From Octopus sinensis (lineage: Eukaryota), in NCBI RefSeq assembly GCF_006345805.1, contig NC_043012.1:33852001-33916000 (forward strand): a DNA stretch of 64,000 nt. Reading direction: 5' to 3'. The notes below the pieces were generated by a model that saw only the letters and a program-made list of their open reading frames with translations, was not told the DNA's origin and did not search any database. Positions within the stretch are counted from its first letter, which is position 1; each line of letters begins with the position of its first letter. This document shows positions 25,681 to 38,665 of this stretch, in pieces. The translations under genes were made by a program, and so were the position numbers.

Positions 25681-26289
25681 ATTAAATATTATTAGGAATT
25701 GTGATGATGCTGATTTTGTGTAGTGTTGAAGTACAGCAAATTTATTGGAGATACACTTGAACAACAAAATCTTATGTGGGGCCTCCCCCACACAAGAGCA
25801 TTATGGACCCTGGTTGGGAACCATTAGTTAAGAACATAGGTCTACTCAGCTATGATTGCCCTTGGGCTAAACCACAACAAAATGCTCCTCTAAGTCTCTC
25901 CCCCAACTCATTGTTCATCTTCAGGTTTTAACCTAATTTTTCTTGTTACAGAAATTCTCCATTTTGGTGTAATTTGATCTGAGTCTGTTGGATGTCAGCT
26001 GCTGGCTGGTTGTTGTAACATGGGGTTAGGGTTAGGATTGGCTGATAAAGGGTTGGGGAGAGTTAGGGATGGTTGGGAAATGGTAGATCTCATGGCATTT
26101 TGGATGATGGGGGACACAAAATAAAACTACTTCTGGGATGAGGTTGAGAAACTTCTCTCTTTCTCAACATTTTATACTTCACCCTAGCACCAAACTACCC
26201 AAGAATTTTATGTATATTTATACATATATGTACACACACATACATACATATATGCGTGTGTAAATAGATATAATAAATAAATATGCACG

Positions 26290-26327
<38 letters not shown>

Positions 26328-26407
26328 ATATAGGGGATGTACTTGCATAGCAAGTGACTTTATCTGAGATCGTGTGCTGGAATGAAAACAATGTATATAT
26401 ATACAAT

Positions 26408-26555
26408 TGCAGCATGGAAGGTGTTTATAAACCATTAAGAAACACACAAAAACCGTTAGATTCACTTCAACATTTAAATTTAAATTTAGTGTTGAAGTGA
26501 ATCTAACAGTTTTTGTGTGTTTCTTAAATGGCTTATAAACACCTTCCACACTGCA
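26408..26555. repeat. 148-bp near-perfect palindrome embedded in (TA)n
   Basis: tgcagcatggaaggtgtttataa...cacttcaacatttaaattt|aaatttagtgttgaagtg...ttataaacaccttccacactgca. Confidence 0.9.
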
Positions 26556-26557
26556 TT

Positions 26558-26611
<54 letters not shown>

Positions 26612-27356
26612 GTATGTATATACATATGCATACATGGGTACAGGAGGTCACCAAAAGTGGACAACATGAAATACAAAAGTAAATGAGTTCAATACACAAA
26701 CAAGAGAAATGAATGGCAAACAGGGCGAGTAACATAAACAATGACCCTTCATCAGTTGTTGGCTGTCTATCTACTCCTCACTTCGAGCATTGAATGACAA
26801 TATGAGTCTTTGAAGACAGTTGCTCCCATAAGTACCAAATTAAAATTTGGGATTTATGGAGGGTCAAAGTTGGGAACAAAAACAGGACAGTGGAGACATA
26901 CAAGGAAACCAAACGAAAACAAACATGGAGGGTCGTTAGACCAGAACAAGAGTAAAATAGCGAATGCTGGAGAAATATTTTCTTTGACAAGAGAAAAGAT
27001 AGAAGAGAGATATATGGAATACATCCAGTCCTTAGGACAGCCCGGAATGAAAAGAAAGTTGATCACATGAGAAAAAGAAAGATGGACGATGGTCACGCGT
27101 GAGCAATGAGAAAGAGGGGACGAGAGAGAGACAGATAGAAAAGTGTGAAGGGGAGGAATAAAGGGAATTAGAGAATGGATGAGAGAGAAAATGATAGAGG
27201 AACATATTCATTTATTCTATTATTCTTTTACTTGTTTCAGTCAGGCAGCGACCATGCTGGAGCACTACTTTGGTGGGTTTTAGTCAGACAAATCAATCCC
27301 AGTGGTCAAGCAATGATGGAGGTCAAACACAGACACAAAGACACACACATAGATAC

Positions 27357-27428
<72 letters not shown>

Positions 27429-27484
27429 CGGGTTTCTTTCAGTTTCTGTCTACCAAATCCACTCACAAAGCTTTGGTTGGATAA

Positions 27485-27975
27485 GGCATATGATACTTTC
27501 TTTAAACGGTTTGGGAAGTTTTCCACATGCAAGGGAACTCTGAAAAAGCATCTGCAGAAGTTTTGTGAGAGATTTCTTGCAAGGTTTTTATGAGAACAAC
27601 CAGAAATCAATCTGGGCCTGTTATTGTGTTTGAATCCATCTCATCAACGGCTGATATATTCATCTCCTCAATGGTCGAGTATGTGTCGATGTAATCGATG
27701 GTTGCCTCTTTCCCTTGTAGATCTGCAGCGCTGAAAAACTCTTTAGGCTCAGCTACTTACCAGTTTCCCTGTGAAGAGGTGAAGACACTCTGGAACTGTT
27801 TATTTAGTACTTCAGTTATTCTCTTGGAGTTTGCAATTAGGAAGCCATCTTCAAACAGTAGCCCTATCTTGGTGGCACTGAGGCAGAGACTCTTTTGCAA
27901 TCTTGTAGAAAGCTTTGAGATACATTTTTATATCTTCCACTGCTCCCTGGTTTATCTTTCTACACTTTCCTTTTC
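27485..27975 (-). mobile_element. CR1/L2-type LINE ORF2 fragment
   Basis: ITEVLNKQFQSVFT...AVDEMDSNTITGPD*F, then after a frameshift LQMLFQSSLACGKLPKPFKESII. Confidence 0.75.
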
Positions 27976-28041
27976 ATGAGAGAGTTTGAGGTTTATGTTC
28001 AATTTCTAGATCTCTGTCTCACACACACACACACACACACA

Positions 28042-28080
<39 letters not shown>

Positions 28081-29679
28081 CTCTCTCTACATATACATAT
28101 ATATATATATATATATATTTTTCATCATCATCATCATTTAACGTCCGCTTTCCATGCTAGCATGGGTTAGACGATTTGACTGAGCTCTGGCGAACCAGAC
28201 TCCAATCTTGATCTGGCAGAGTTTCTACAGCTGGATGCCCTTCCTAACACCAACCACTACGAGAGTGTAGTGGGTTAGGGCCAGTTTGGTGGTACTGGCA
28301 ACAGCCACGCCCAACTGGTGCTTTTTACATGCCACCTGCACAGGAGCCAGTCCAGCGGCACTGGCGACGACCTCGCTCGAATATTTTTATATTATATATA
28401 CAGATTGATATAGATATATATACATATATGTATGTATATGTACATGTGTATGTATATATATATACATGCATATATGTATTTTAAACTGCCATAATGTTCG
28501 TCTTGACCTCATGTCATTATCAAGTAGTCTATTTCAACTGAACCAATTTCAACGAATATAACACATTATACATACACGTGTACGCACACACATGCATCGT
28601 TGAAATATTTTTATACGTATACATACATGATATATCTGCATAATATATCATCTACATCATTGACTTCTTTTGACTGCCTCCCACATTAGTAACAGCTCTG
28701 TTACTCATTCCCTCCTCTGTCTTACATCCCTTGCATCATAAATTCCTAGAACTTCTCTCTCTCTCCCTTTCCCTCTCTCTTTCTCATCCATACCTCTGTC
28801 ACCCATATATTTCCATTTCTTTATTGCCCACAAGGGGCTAAACATAGAGGGAACAAACAAGGACAGACAAAGGGATTAAATCGATTACATCGACCATAGT
28901 GCGTAACTGGTACTTAATTTATCGACCCCGAGAGGATGAAAGGCAAAGCCAACCTCGGCGGAATTGCAACTCAGAACGTAACGGCAGATGAAATAAATAC
29001 CTATTTCTTTACTACCCACAGGGGGCTAAACACAGTGAGGACAAACAAGGACAGACACACGGATTAAGTTGTTTATGATGACCCCAGTGTGTAACTGGTA
29101 CTTATTTAATCGACCCCGAAAGGATGAAAGGCAAAGTCGACCTCGGCGGAATTTGAAGTCAGAACGTAGCAGCAGACGAAATACTGCAAAGCATTTCGCC
29201 CGCCGTGCTAACGATTCTGCCAGCTCACCGCCTTCATACCACTCACTGGTACAGCACCTACTTCTTTCCATTCAGCATGTCACCAACTTCATCATTCAGC
29301 CTCCCTCACCCAGATCATAACCTATATACAGCGGGCAACATTGGACCACTTGTGCCAAATCCACTCTACCTTCCCCCTCTCTTTCTCCACTGCCTGTCAT
29401 CCCAACTGCACCCTCTGTGTGTCATCACACTCTTGTTCCAATTCTTTTACACATCCTGGGTTCCGTTATCGCATAATTTCCTGGGTCACGTTGCCTTCTT
29501 GTCATCACTCTGTTATCTCTGTTGTTGTCTCGAATATACACAGCTCTCTCGGAATACTGAGTCCTCTTATCTCTCGCCCTCCTCTTTCACAGTCTTCTTA
29601 TCACTATCATTTATGCCTCTTTCTCTCACATTTCTCAAGCTATAAAGACCACCACTAAGCAAGTAGAAATATAGAGTTG

Positions 29680-29860
29680 TGAGGAACCTTTAGCGGTGTC
29701 AAAGACTTCACTGGACACACAAGAAGTGGGATTGCAGATGGCCTACCAGAGAAGGCACATTGTATATGCCGCAGATGCAACAGAGCAATAAATACTAAGA
29801 GCACTCAGAAAATATATATTCTGAAATGTTCAGATGCCTCCCGAGAATTTGTTGATAGAA
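29680..29860 (+). mobile_element. RTE Cys-rich region fragment
   Basis: LHWTHKKW...C.RC..AINTK-like remnant, same family as 40020-40200. Confidence 0.5.
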
Positions 29861-29872
29861 TTTGTTTACCTA

Positions 29873-30104
29873 TTTCTTTACTACCCACAAAGGGCTAAAC
29901 ACAGAGGGGACAAATAAGGACAGACAAACGAATTAAGTCGATTACATCGACCCCAGTGCCTAACTGGTACTTAATTTATCGACCCAGAAAGGATGAAAGG
30001 CAAAGTCGACCTCGGCGGAATTGCAACTCAGAACGTAACGGCAGATGAAATACCGCTAAGCATTTCGCCCGGCGTGCTAACGTTTCCGCCAGCTCGCCGC
30101 CTCT
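29873..30104 (-). mobile_element. tRNA-derived SINE family A, full length, 15-bp TSD
   Basis: TSD gaatttgtttaccta at 29858-29872 and 30105-30119; body ...gagttcaaattccgccgaggtcgactttgcctttcatcctttcggggtcgataa (Meta-domain-like, from memory). Confidence 0.92.
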
Positions 30105-30681
30105 GAATTTGTTTACCTAGATGACTGAATTAGCAATAGAGGCAAGTATACCAAAAGTGTTGTAACTTGGAAACGGATGAGGATGTGTGACAAGAACATC
30201 TGTTGCAAAGAATCTGCTTCAACAAATTCTGACATGTGCAAAGTGAATGTTAAAACATTGATGATGATATTCACATGCACATATATTTATGCATATATCA
30301 TCATCATCATCATTATTGTCGTTTAACGTCCACTTTCCATGCTGGCATAGGTTAGACGGTTTGAGGAGGCCGCACCAGCCGCCAGTCTAATCTGGCAAAG
30401 TTTCTACACCTCGATTCCCTTCCTAACGCCAAGGATGCCCTTCCTAACACATAAACATGTCTCTGGATGCAGGCCTACCTGTTGGGGGTGCTTCTCTCCC
30501 CTTTGTAAACATAAGGACATAGGAAATGTGTCAAGGCCGACAGGAAGCGTTGATGCTTCCTAGGGCTAAATAGCGGTGGTGTGATTCCCTTTTCGGGACT
30601 GTCACATTAAGTTGACAGTATACAACTGCTCTATCGTTCCACCACTGCTTATATCTCTCTGAGTTATTTAGAAATTTAATA

Positions 30682-30735
<54 letters not shown>

Positions 30736-30743
30736 TATATATA

Positions 30744-30785
<42 letters not shown>

Positions 30786-30797
30786 TATATATATATG

Positions 30798-31185
30798 TTG
30801 TCTTCGTTTGCCGATAAAGGCATTTTTTCCAAATACGCCAGCTAAACTTGTTGTACTGTTTATTAGTCGTAAGACACCTGCTGTTTTTGTCCTGTTTTTA
30901 CCATTATTGTTTTTTGTATTTTATATTCGTGTGGCATCGTCCGTTTTTCTGTCCCTGTTTCGTATACATTCGATCCTTCTTCCAAGAAATCTAATGCTCG
31001 TAGATTAGTTTTTCCTTGGGGCTGGCCGGATCGGAGCGATCTCAAGATTAATCAACCGAAATTGCTACGATGATCCGGTTCTTGACAGAAGATTGAAGGC
31101 TTCGAATGTCCCGTTCGTGTTTTTTGTATCGTCTTCTAAATGTTTTACGTTCTTGTCCCAGTTTGTATTTTTCTACATAAAATAA
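30798..31185 (+). repeat. Unclassified (TA)n-flanked repeat family E; other copies at 31561-31685 (partial) and 35257-35665 (inverted)
   Basis: Shared block ccgaaattgc...gatccggttcttgactgaagatt(g/a)aaggcttcgaatg...ttacgttcttgtcccag in three places. Confidence 0.75.
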
Positions 31186-31197
31186 TACATATATATA

Positions 31198-31277
<80 letters not shown>

Positions 31278-31353
31278 ATATATGAATAATATATACTGTA
31301 TATATATATATATATGAATAATATATATATAATATATATATACATACATATAT

Positions 31354-31510
31354 AGGGAAAGTTTACGAAAAAAAACAAAAGACGAAGACAGGTGGTGTAC
31401 AAAACAAACAGATGTATTAGTATAACGCTCAGGAATAGAAAAAAGTCTTTTAAGTTTCGAGCCTACGCTCTTCTACAGAAAGGTACGCAGAAAAAACAAG
31501 GAGAGAAACA
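31354..31510 (-). mobile_element. Penelope-like pLTR-type repeat, copy A, hammerhead-like motif at 31446-31483
   Basis: Homologous to 34230-34440, 35735-35900 and 61826-62010; flanked by (TA)n and (CATA)n. Confidence 0.6.
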
Positions 31511-31680
31511 TACATACATTCATACATACATACATACATACATACATACATACATACATACAGCCGAAATTGCGAGGATGATCCGGTTCTTGACTGAAGA
31601 TTGAAGGCTTCGAATGCCCCGTCCGTGTTTTTTGTATCGTCTTCTAATGTTTTACGTTCTTGTCCCAGTTTGTATTTTTT

Positions 31681-31726
<46 letters not shown>

Positions 31727-31737
<11 letters not shown>

Positions 31738-32163
31738 AACGGCAGTTTGTCTGTCTGTGTGTCTGTGTGTCTGTCGGGTTGTACCCTCACCCTGACCACG
31801 GCTTTCAACCGATTCTGATGAAACTTGACACACACATAGCCCAATGTCATAATTCAAAACTAACGCAGCAAAAACTTTGAAAAGTTCCCCCAGTTCTGAA
31901 AATGATCGATAAATTCGACATGGGGTCGAGAATCTAAGCTTTTTATATGCAACACATTTTCTGTCTAGGGGACACAACTCGACCTTTTTATCGCCCAAAG
32001 GGACAGCTAGGAACATCGTATACACAGAAGTATTCGAGTGAAGAGAAGATATTGCAACCTGCACATACGCCTTCGTTCCCAAGAGGGAAAGGGCTAGATT
32101 GGGATTAGTCGTTGCCTACTAGGGGCTCTTACATACCCGGGCAATGCCGGGCTATGCTGCTAG
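31727..32163 (+). mobile_element. Non-autonomous Helitron-like element
   Basis: 5' tatatataaacggc.gtttgtctgtctgtg; 3' hairpin cccgg-gcaatg-ccggg (32136-51) then CTAG|T. Confidence 0.75.
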
Positions 32164-32196
<33 letters not shown>

Positions 32197-32210
32197 CATA
32201 TATATATATA

Positions 32211-32280
<70 letters not shown>

Positions 32281-32282
<2 letters not shown>

Positions 32283-33156
32283 TACATATGTGGAAAACCG
32301 GTGTGTGTTTGTTTGTGGCGTTGTTAGCTAACTCCTCCTACATCGTTTTATTGATTTTGATGAAACTTGACATGTGAGTATAATTCATATTTGGAAACCT
32401 CGTGACATACTTAGATTCTTGAAAAATCGATAATATGGCCCCTGGAAGGGACCTTTATATCAACCTCATATAACAAAATTTTTTAAAACACCCAAGGGAA
32501 ATAACCCATGCCACCTGCAGAATTTAGCGAAGTGATCAATATTTGATTCTCACGATCAGCTGACCTAATTCTGCATTTCACTACTCAGAGTTTTGAACTG
32601 CTAAACATTATTATTGCACTTCCTTAATTTGAATATCTTCAGTCATACATTTCTATACTTACATACTTTTTTGAATGCCCATTACTCCGATAATTCTGCA
32701 TTTTTAGAGTTATAATTTTTCCATGAAAGTAGATAAATTTTTTATTCCACAGCGTATTTGTAGTGGCTTCATGCAAGCATAGCGTAGATTCGATCTTCGA
32801 TTGCCAAATTTCACTTCAATAGCGCTTTTCTTATAGTAAAACAATAGTTTTTTTCTGTGAATGCAGTTGTACCTTTCCCAGATGTCTTCGCTAAGCAGAA
32901 TAATGTCTTTGCCTCTCGCCAACCTCCGACAACCTCTCTCACCAACCTGAGACAATCTTTCTCGCCCACCTCCGAAAACCTCTCTCGCCAACCTCCAACA
33001 ATCTCTCCCTCTTCCAGCTGACAGTTTTTTTGTACTTTTTTGTGATGGAAAATACACCTTTGTGGCAATTAAACGAAATTTCTTTCTTATATCAGAGTAG
33101 TAAGGCATTTCAATAGGACATCTTTACCCCCGGGAATTACCGGGTACACCAGCTAG
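32281..33156 (+). mobile_element. Non-autonomous Helitron-like element
   Basis: Shares gattttgatgaaacttgaca with 31815; 3' hairpin cccgg-gaatta-ccggg (33129-44) then CTAG|T. Confidence 0.7.
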
Positions 33157-33176
33157 TACACACACACATATTGTGA

Positions 33177-33497
33177 AGGTGCATGGCTTAGTGGTTAGGA
33201 CATTCGGTTCACGATCGGAAGGTCGTGTGTTCAATTACTGGCGACACGTTGTGTCCTTGGGCAAGGCACTTTATTTCACATTGCTCCAGTCCACTCAGCT
33301 GGCAAAAATGAATAGCAGCTGTATTTCATAGGGCCAGCCTTGTCACACTACGTATCATGCTGAATCTCCCCGAGAACTATGTTAAGGGTACACGTGTCTG
33401 TGGAGTGCTCAGCCACTTGCACATTAATTTCACGAACAAGTTGTTCCGTTGTTTGTATCAGCTGGAATCCTCGTCATCGTAACCGATGGAGTGCTCC
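33177..33497 (+). mobile_element. tRNA-derived SINE family C; inverted copy at 50338-50648 and related head at 24065-24380(-)
   Basis: A-box tggcttagtggttagg, anticodon-like arm ttcggttcacgatcggaa, B-box-like gtgttcaatt, then gtgtccttgggcaaggcactttatttcac. Confidence 0.8.
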
Positions 33498-33510
33498 ATA
33501 TATATGTATG

Positions 33511-33545
<35 letters not shown>

Positions 33546-34182
33546 AAATTATATATACATGCATATATGGGTAAAGGACGTCACCAACGGTGTAAATAAA
33601 ACTTGAAATAGTAATTGTATGTGTGTGTGTGTGTGTATGTACATATATATACATACATGTAAATACACATATAGATATTTATATGTATGTGTGTATGTGT
33701 GTGTGTACAGTATTTGCCGGTGTATAAGCCACACCCATCTATAAACCGCAACCCCAATTTAAGGTACGGTAATGAAATTCCAGCTGGATTTGGTTGATGG
33801 AAACTGAAAGAAGCCCGTCGTATATATATAAATATATATATATACATGTGTGTGTGTTTGTGTATGTTTGTCCTCCCAAGATTGCTTGACAATCGATGTT
33901 GGTGTATTTATGTCCCCACAACTTAGTGGTTCAACAAAAGAGACCGATAGAATAAGCACTAGGCTACTAGAGAATAAGTCCTGAGGTCGATTTGCTTGAC
34001 TAAGGAGGCGGTACTCCATCATAGCCACAGTCAAATGAATGAAACAAGTAAAATAATATATATATACACACACACATATATGTATTACATACATATGTAT
34101 ATATATATATATGTGTGTGTGTGTATGTATATACACACATATAGATAGATAGATACACAGGAGCTAGCTTAAAAGCTGCCCT

Positions 34183-34229
<47 letters not shown>

Positions 34230-34231
<2 letters not shown>

Positions 34232-34800
34232 GGGTGGGGGAGAATTCACAAAAGACAAAGACAGGTGGTGTAGACAACAAACAGATGTATTAGTTTAACG
34301 CTTGGGAAGTGAAAGCGTCTTTAACATTTCGAGCCTACGCTCTTCCACAGAAAGGAACACAGAAAGAAACAGGGACAGAAAATAAATAGTGTGTAGTGGC
34401 TAGCGATGTATTATGGTGAATGCCGGACAGAGGGGTCACACAAGAAAGCTAGGAAGAAGGGGAGATAACAAAGTAGTGGTGATCCCAAAATGAAGGTGCA
34501 TCTGAATGTGTATAAGAGAGCATGTATGTGCACGTGGAAGAGGGCTGGTGACCTTGAGGTGTATAGTGATGACCTTGACGTGTGCATGTGTAGGCTTGTG
34601 GATGATGGTGTGGGGGTGGGAAGTGGTCAGTGCTAGTGTGTGCGTGGTGGTGACACCCACACCCACACCCACACACCCACACATATATGGTAAATTGAAC
34701 CAGGAATCTATGAAGTGTACCACTCTGCTAGGGATTGGCAATTGGTATCCTTGTTCAACAGCTCTGCTTTGTATTCCACTTCAAGATGATTCTTAAACAC
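34230..34800 (-). mobile_element. Penelope-like repeat, copy B (longer), hammerhead-like motif at 34318-34355
   Basis: Same pLTR-like segment. The region near 34700-34790 shows a weak GTLH...PG.N resemblance to a GIY-YIG C-terminus on the minus strand (low confidence). Confidence 0.5.
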
Positions 34801-35229
34801 TCTATCCATCAATGACCAATGTCTGCTCAGCATCTTAGTAGTAGTTGCAGTAGTAGTAGTAGTAGTAGCCGTATGGTGGCGGGGGGGGGAGGGGAGTATT
34901 CAGCTAGCAGTCTTTCAGTAGGAGGAATAGCAAAGAAGAAAGGAGTGGCGCAGATGCTTTATTTGTCATCAATTTTACCACTCATTCTACACATCCTTGT
35001 CATTTTCCTTGTATTGGCCTTTCTCTTTACTATGAAATTTGTTGTTGTTTTTTCTGGTGGGCGGGGGGGGGTGTTTAGCTATGATTTGATCAAGTGGGAG
35101 ATGTATTACACAACAACACTGTCAGGCATACCAGTCTATTGCAGACCTTATTTTCATCATTGCGGTTGTCACTTGAAACAAAACTATTTGTCTTAACATC
35201 TGTAAATATCGGTGTGTGTGTGTGTATGC

Positions 35230-35261
<32 letters not shown>

Positions 35262-35539
35262 GGACAAGAACGCAAAACATCCAAATAGACGATACAAAAA
35301 CACGGATGGGTCATTCGAAGCCTTTAATCTTCAGTCAAGAACCGGATCATCCTCGCAATTTCGGCTGATTAATCTTGAGATTGCTCCAATCTGGACAGCC
35401 TCAAGGAAAAACTAAGCTAACAGCATTAGATTCCTTGGAAAAAAGCTTCGAATGTATACGAAACAAGGACGGAAAAATGGACGATGTTACACGAATATAA
35501 ATACAAAAAAAAAACCGAATATAAATACAAAAAAAAACA

Positions 35540-35584
<45 letters not shown>

Positions 35585-35681
35585 GGACATAACAACAGGC
35601 GTTTTTCGACTGGAAACGAATTGAATTCAGCTGGCGTATTGAGAATAAGCCTTTCAGCAGACATATATGTGTGTGTGTGTG

Positions 35682-35733
<52 letters not shown>

Positions 35734-35734
35734 A

Positions 35735-35900
35735 CGGGAAGCTTTATGAAAATAAACAAAAGACGAAGGCAGGTGGAAAACAAACGAACAATTGTATTAG
35801 TATGGCGCTCAGGAAATATAAATAAAACAAGTCTTTAACGTTTCGAGCCTACGCTCTTCAACAGAAAGATACACAGAGAGAAAAAAAACACAGAAAGAAG
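35735..35900 (-). mobile_element. Penelope-like repeat, copy C
   Basis: Homology to copies A, B and D; contains the intact fold at 35832-35869. Confidence 0.6.
35832..35869 (-). ncRNA. Minimal hammerhead-ribozyme-like motif (best copy) in a Penelope-type repeat
   Basis: Minus strand UCUUU-CUGUUGA-A-GAGC-GUAG-GCUC-GAAA-CGUU-AAAGA: stem I 5 bp, stem II 4 bp with tetraloop, palindromic loopless stem III (ACGU), GUU triplet; A6 is U. Confidence 0.7.
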
Positions 35901-35941
35901 GAGAGAAAAAAAATGCGTGCATATATATATATATATCTGAG

Positions 35942-35981
<40 letters not shown>

Positions 35982-36451
35982 GGGAGAGATAGAGAGAGAG
36001 ATTGATTGAACAGATTGGAATGTAAAATAGATAGAGTATGACATGTATGACAATGAAAAATGTCTCTGTGATTTGGTTTTTCACTGCAGTTTGTCATGGA
36101 GAAAAATTCTTGCTTAAGACAAAATAGGATCGAAGTATCATAGTCAGCTTAGGATGCATTCTTTTGAACTGATGGATGCATTTCAAAGTCTTTGGCACCA
36201 GATACCAAAGAGAGGCAACTCTGACTAGGAAACAAAGGTTCCTTTATAAGAAATCGGTCTATATCATTAGCTTCAACTATATCTCAGGCATATTTGAACG
36301 GGTGTTAACTTTGTTAGCTTTCAGTCACTGCTTTGCACACCTAGTAATGAATTTGTTCTGGCCTGGCAGCCAATATGTGCCATCAGCCAATAATATTGGT
36401 TTCAAATTTTGGTACAAAGTGCCTTGGCTCCTCGGCCCTTGTATACTGCAT

Positions 36452-36925
36452 AATCATCATCATCATTGTTTAACGTCCGTTTCCCATGATAGCATGGGCT
36501 GGACGGTTCGACCGGGATCTGGGAAGCCAGAAGGCTGCACCAGGCCCAGTCTGATCTGGCAGTGTACAGCTGGATGCCCTTCCTAATGCCAACCACTCCG
36601 TGAGTGTAGTGGGTGCTTTTTACGTGCCACCGGCACAAGTGCCAGGGGAGGCTGGCAGCGGCCACGATCGGTTGGTGCTTTTTACGTGCTACCGGCACAG
36701 AAGCCAGTCAAGGCGGCGCTGGCATCGGCCACGTTCAGGTGGTGCTTTTTACGTGCCACCGGCACAGGTATCACAACTACGATTTCCATTGATTTTTGAT
36801 GTTGATGTACTTGACTCAATAGGTCTCCTCAAGCACAGAGTCGAGACGGTGTTTCTTTACTTGCCACCTACACAGGAGTCAATCCAGCGGCACTGGCAAC
36901 TGCCGGGTGCCAGTCATAGAATTGG
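36452..36925 (-). mobile_element. RTE 3' UTR copy; further copies at about 3069-3320(-), 5014-5122(-), 6782-6905(-), 25375-25680(+), 28122-28385(-), 30298-30450(-), 37258-37330(-), 39033-39277(+), 43030-43362(+), 43535-43678(-), 55068-55187(+), 57590-57742(+), 63390-63750(-), 63800-64000(+)
   Basis: Shared catcatcatcgtttaacgtccgctttccatgctagcatgggttggacgg... consensus. Confidence 0.9.
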
Positions 36926-37798
36926 TAAGAAGATGTAAATACCAAATTGTGCTTGGCAATATATATCGCTATCCGTGAGATAAAAACGCACCAAACCTCA
37001 GAGTAACTACACCAGGTATTGATGTTTTCTGCAGGATATTGGTTGTTTGATTAGCCATAGGTTGAAACAAACAAAAAAAAGCTCATCTACTCTACACACC
37101 ATTATGGACTGCATATACATGCAATTATGGACTCTCGATACAACCAAGGTCTATATAATCGGAAACTACACTATGTTCATGGAATTGTTGCTGTGAAGTG
37201 GGCTTATGCCATTCTTCCAGGTCTTCAGATACATAACATTCTTGTGTCTGTGTCGTTATCATCATCATCAGCATCGTTTAACGTCCGCCTTCCATGCTAG
37301 TATGGGTTGGACGATTTTGACTGAGGGCTGACAAACCAGACGGCCGCACCATGGAATAGGATTTGCACTCTTAGGGTTGATGTGGGACTTGGACAAGAAC
37401 AACTTCAGAAAGAGAATATGTAGAGATGGAGAGAAACAATATCCATGGCCACCTTTCCTGTGGTTGATGGGACCAGGGATTATGTTCCTTCCCAACTCCA
37501 TTACTCCCTCTCTCCTCCTCCAGCTGGCAATACTCTCCTCTCCCCAGGGAATGCTTGTGGCAGGCCCCTCCCCCAGGGGGATGTTGGAGCTATTGTATTC
37601 AAAGTTGTATATTTGCTTTGTCCTTGAGACAAATAAAGAAGTCCTGGTGGTGGTGGTGGTGGTGATGGTTGTAGTCGGGGTGGGGGTGGAGCGTACTCAC
37701 CACCCTGCAGGCGTTGTTGCTGTTGTGGTTGTCATCGTGGTCCTCCTTGTTAGTTATCATCCATTGTCTTGTTATTGTTATCGTGGTTCTTGTGGTTG

Positions 37799-37830
<32 letters not shown>

Positions 37831-37919
37831 GTCGTCGTTGTAGTCTTCTTTGTCGCCGCCGTTTATTATGTTTACACTTTCTTCCTCCAAGCCAGAAGTT
37901 TGTGGAATGTTGAGGGGAT

Positions 37920-38290
37920 AGACACACACACACACACACACACAAACACACACATACACACACACACACTCATACACACACACACATACACGCATACACA
38001 TACACACACACACTCATACATTCATATTCACATTTCATAGATACAGATGTGCACACACACACACACATACACACACACATACACATACACACACATACAC
38101 ATACACACACACATACACATCTCTCTCACACACACACACACACACTCATACATACATATTCACATTTCATAGATACAGATGTGCACACACACATACACAC
38201 ACACACATACACACACACATGCACACACACTCATACACACACATACACACACACACACACATACACATCTCACACACACACATACATACA
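37920..38290 (+). repeat. (CA)n-rich tract with an internal 132-bp tandem duplication
   Basis: atattcacatttcatagatacagatgtgcac at 38024 and 38156. Confidence 0.85.
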
Positions 38291-38625
38291 CTGCAGTGTC
38301 AAGAAGCCCAATGAAGAGATTGATAAATTACTTGACCTCCAACAATTGTCATGGAGACAATATCTTGAAATATAAAAGTTTATCTCTGGCTTCTCCTTCT
38401 CCTCCTCTCCTTACCACCAACATCCCCGCCACCATCACCTGTCCTCCAATACACCACTACCCTCGCCAACCCCCTTTACCACCACCGCCGCCGCCACCTC
38501 TAGCCCCCTCCCCGTGACCTCCTCCACCACCACCATTGTAGAACAGCTGGGCTTTGTTAGTCTGACATGTTGAAGAGAAATATTATTCTTTCCTATACAG
38601 TGCAACATTGTTGCTGATGTGTGTA

Positions 38626-38665
<40 letters not shown>

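Noticed and set aside
25398-25791. Poly-Met/Thr and poly-Ser ORFs
   Set aside because: Translations of the (GAT)/(GAC) microsatellite.
26740-26760. CTGATGA on the minus strand as a hammerhead core
   Set aside because: No GAAA after a stem II and no stem I partner.
32710-33108. 132-aa ORF whose end (GIKNLSTFMEKL) weakly echoes a mariner C-terminus
   Set aside because: No DDD, WVPHEL or YSPDL motif; lies inside a Helitron-like element; similarity too weak.
33177-33250. tRNA-Val(CAC)-like gene
   Set aside because: The acceptor stem and T arm do not close and the sequence continues into a repeated SINE body.
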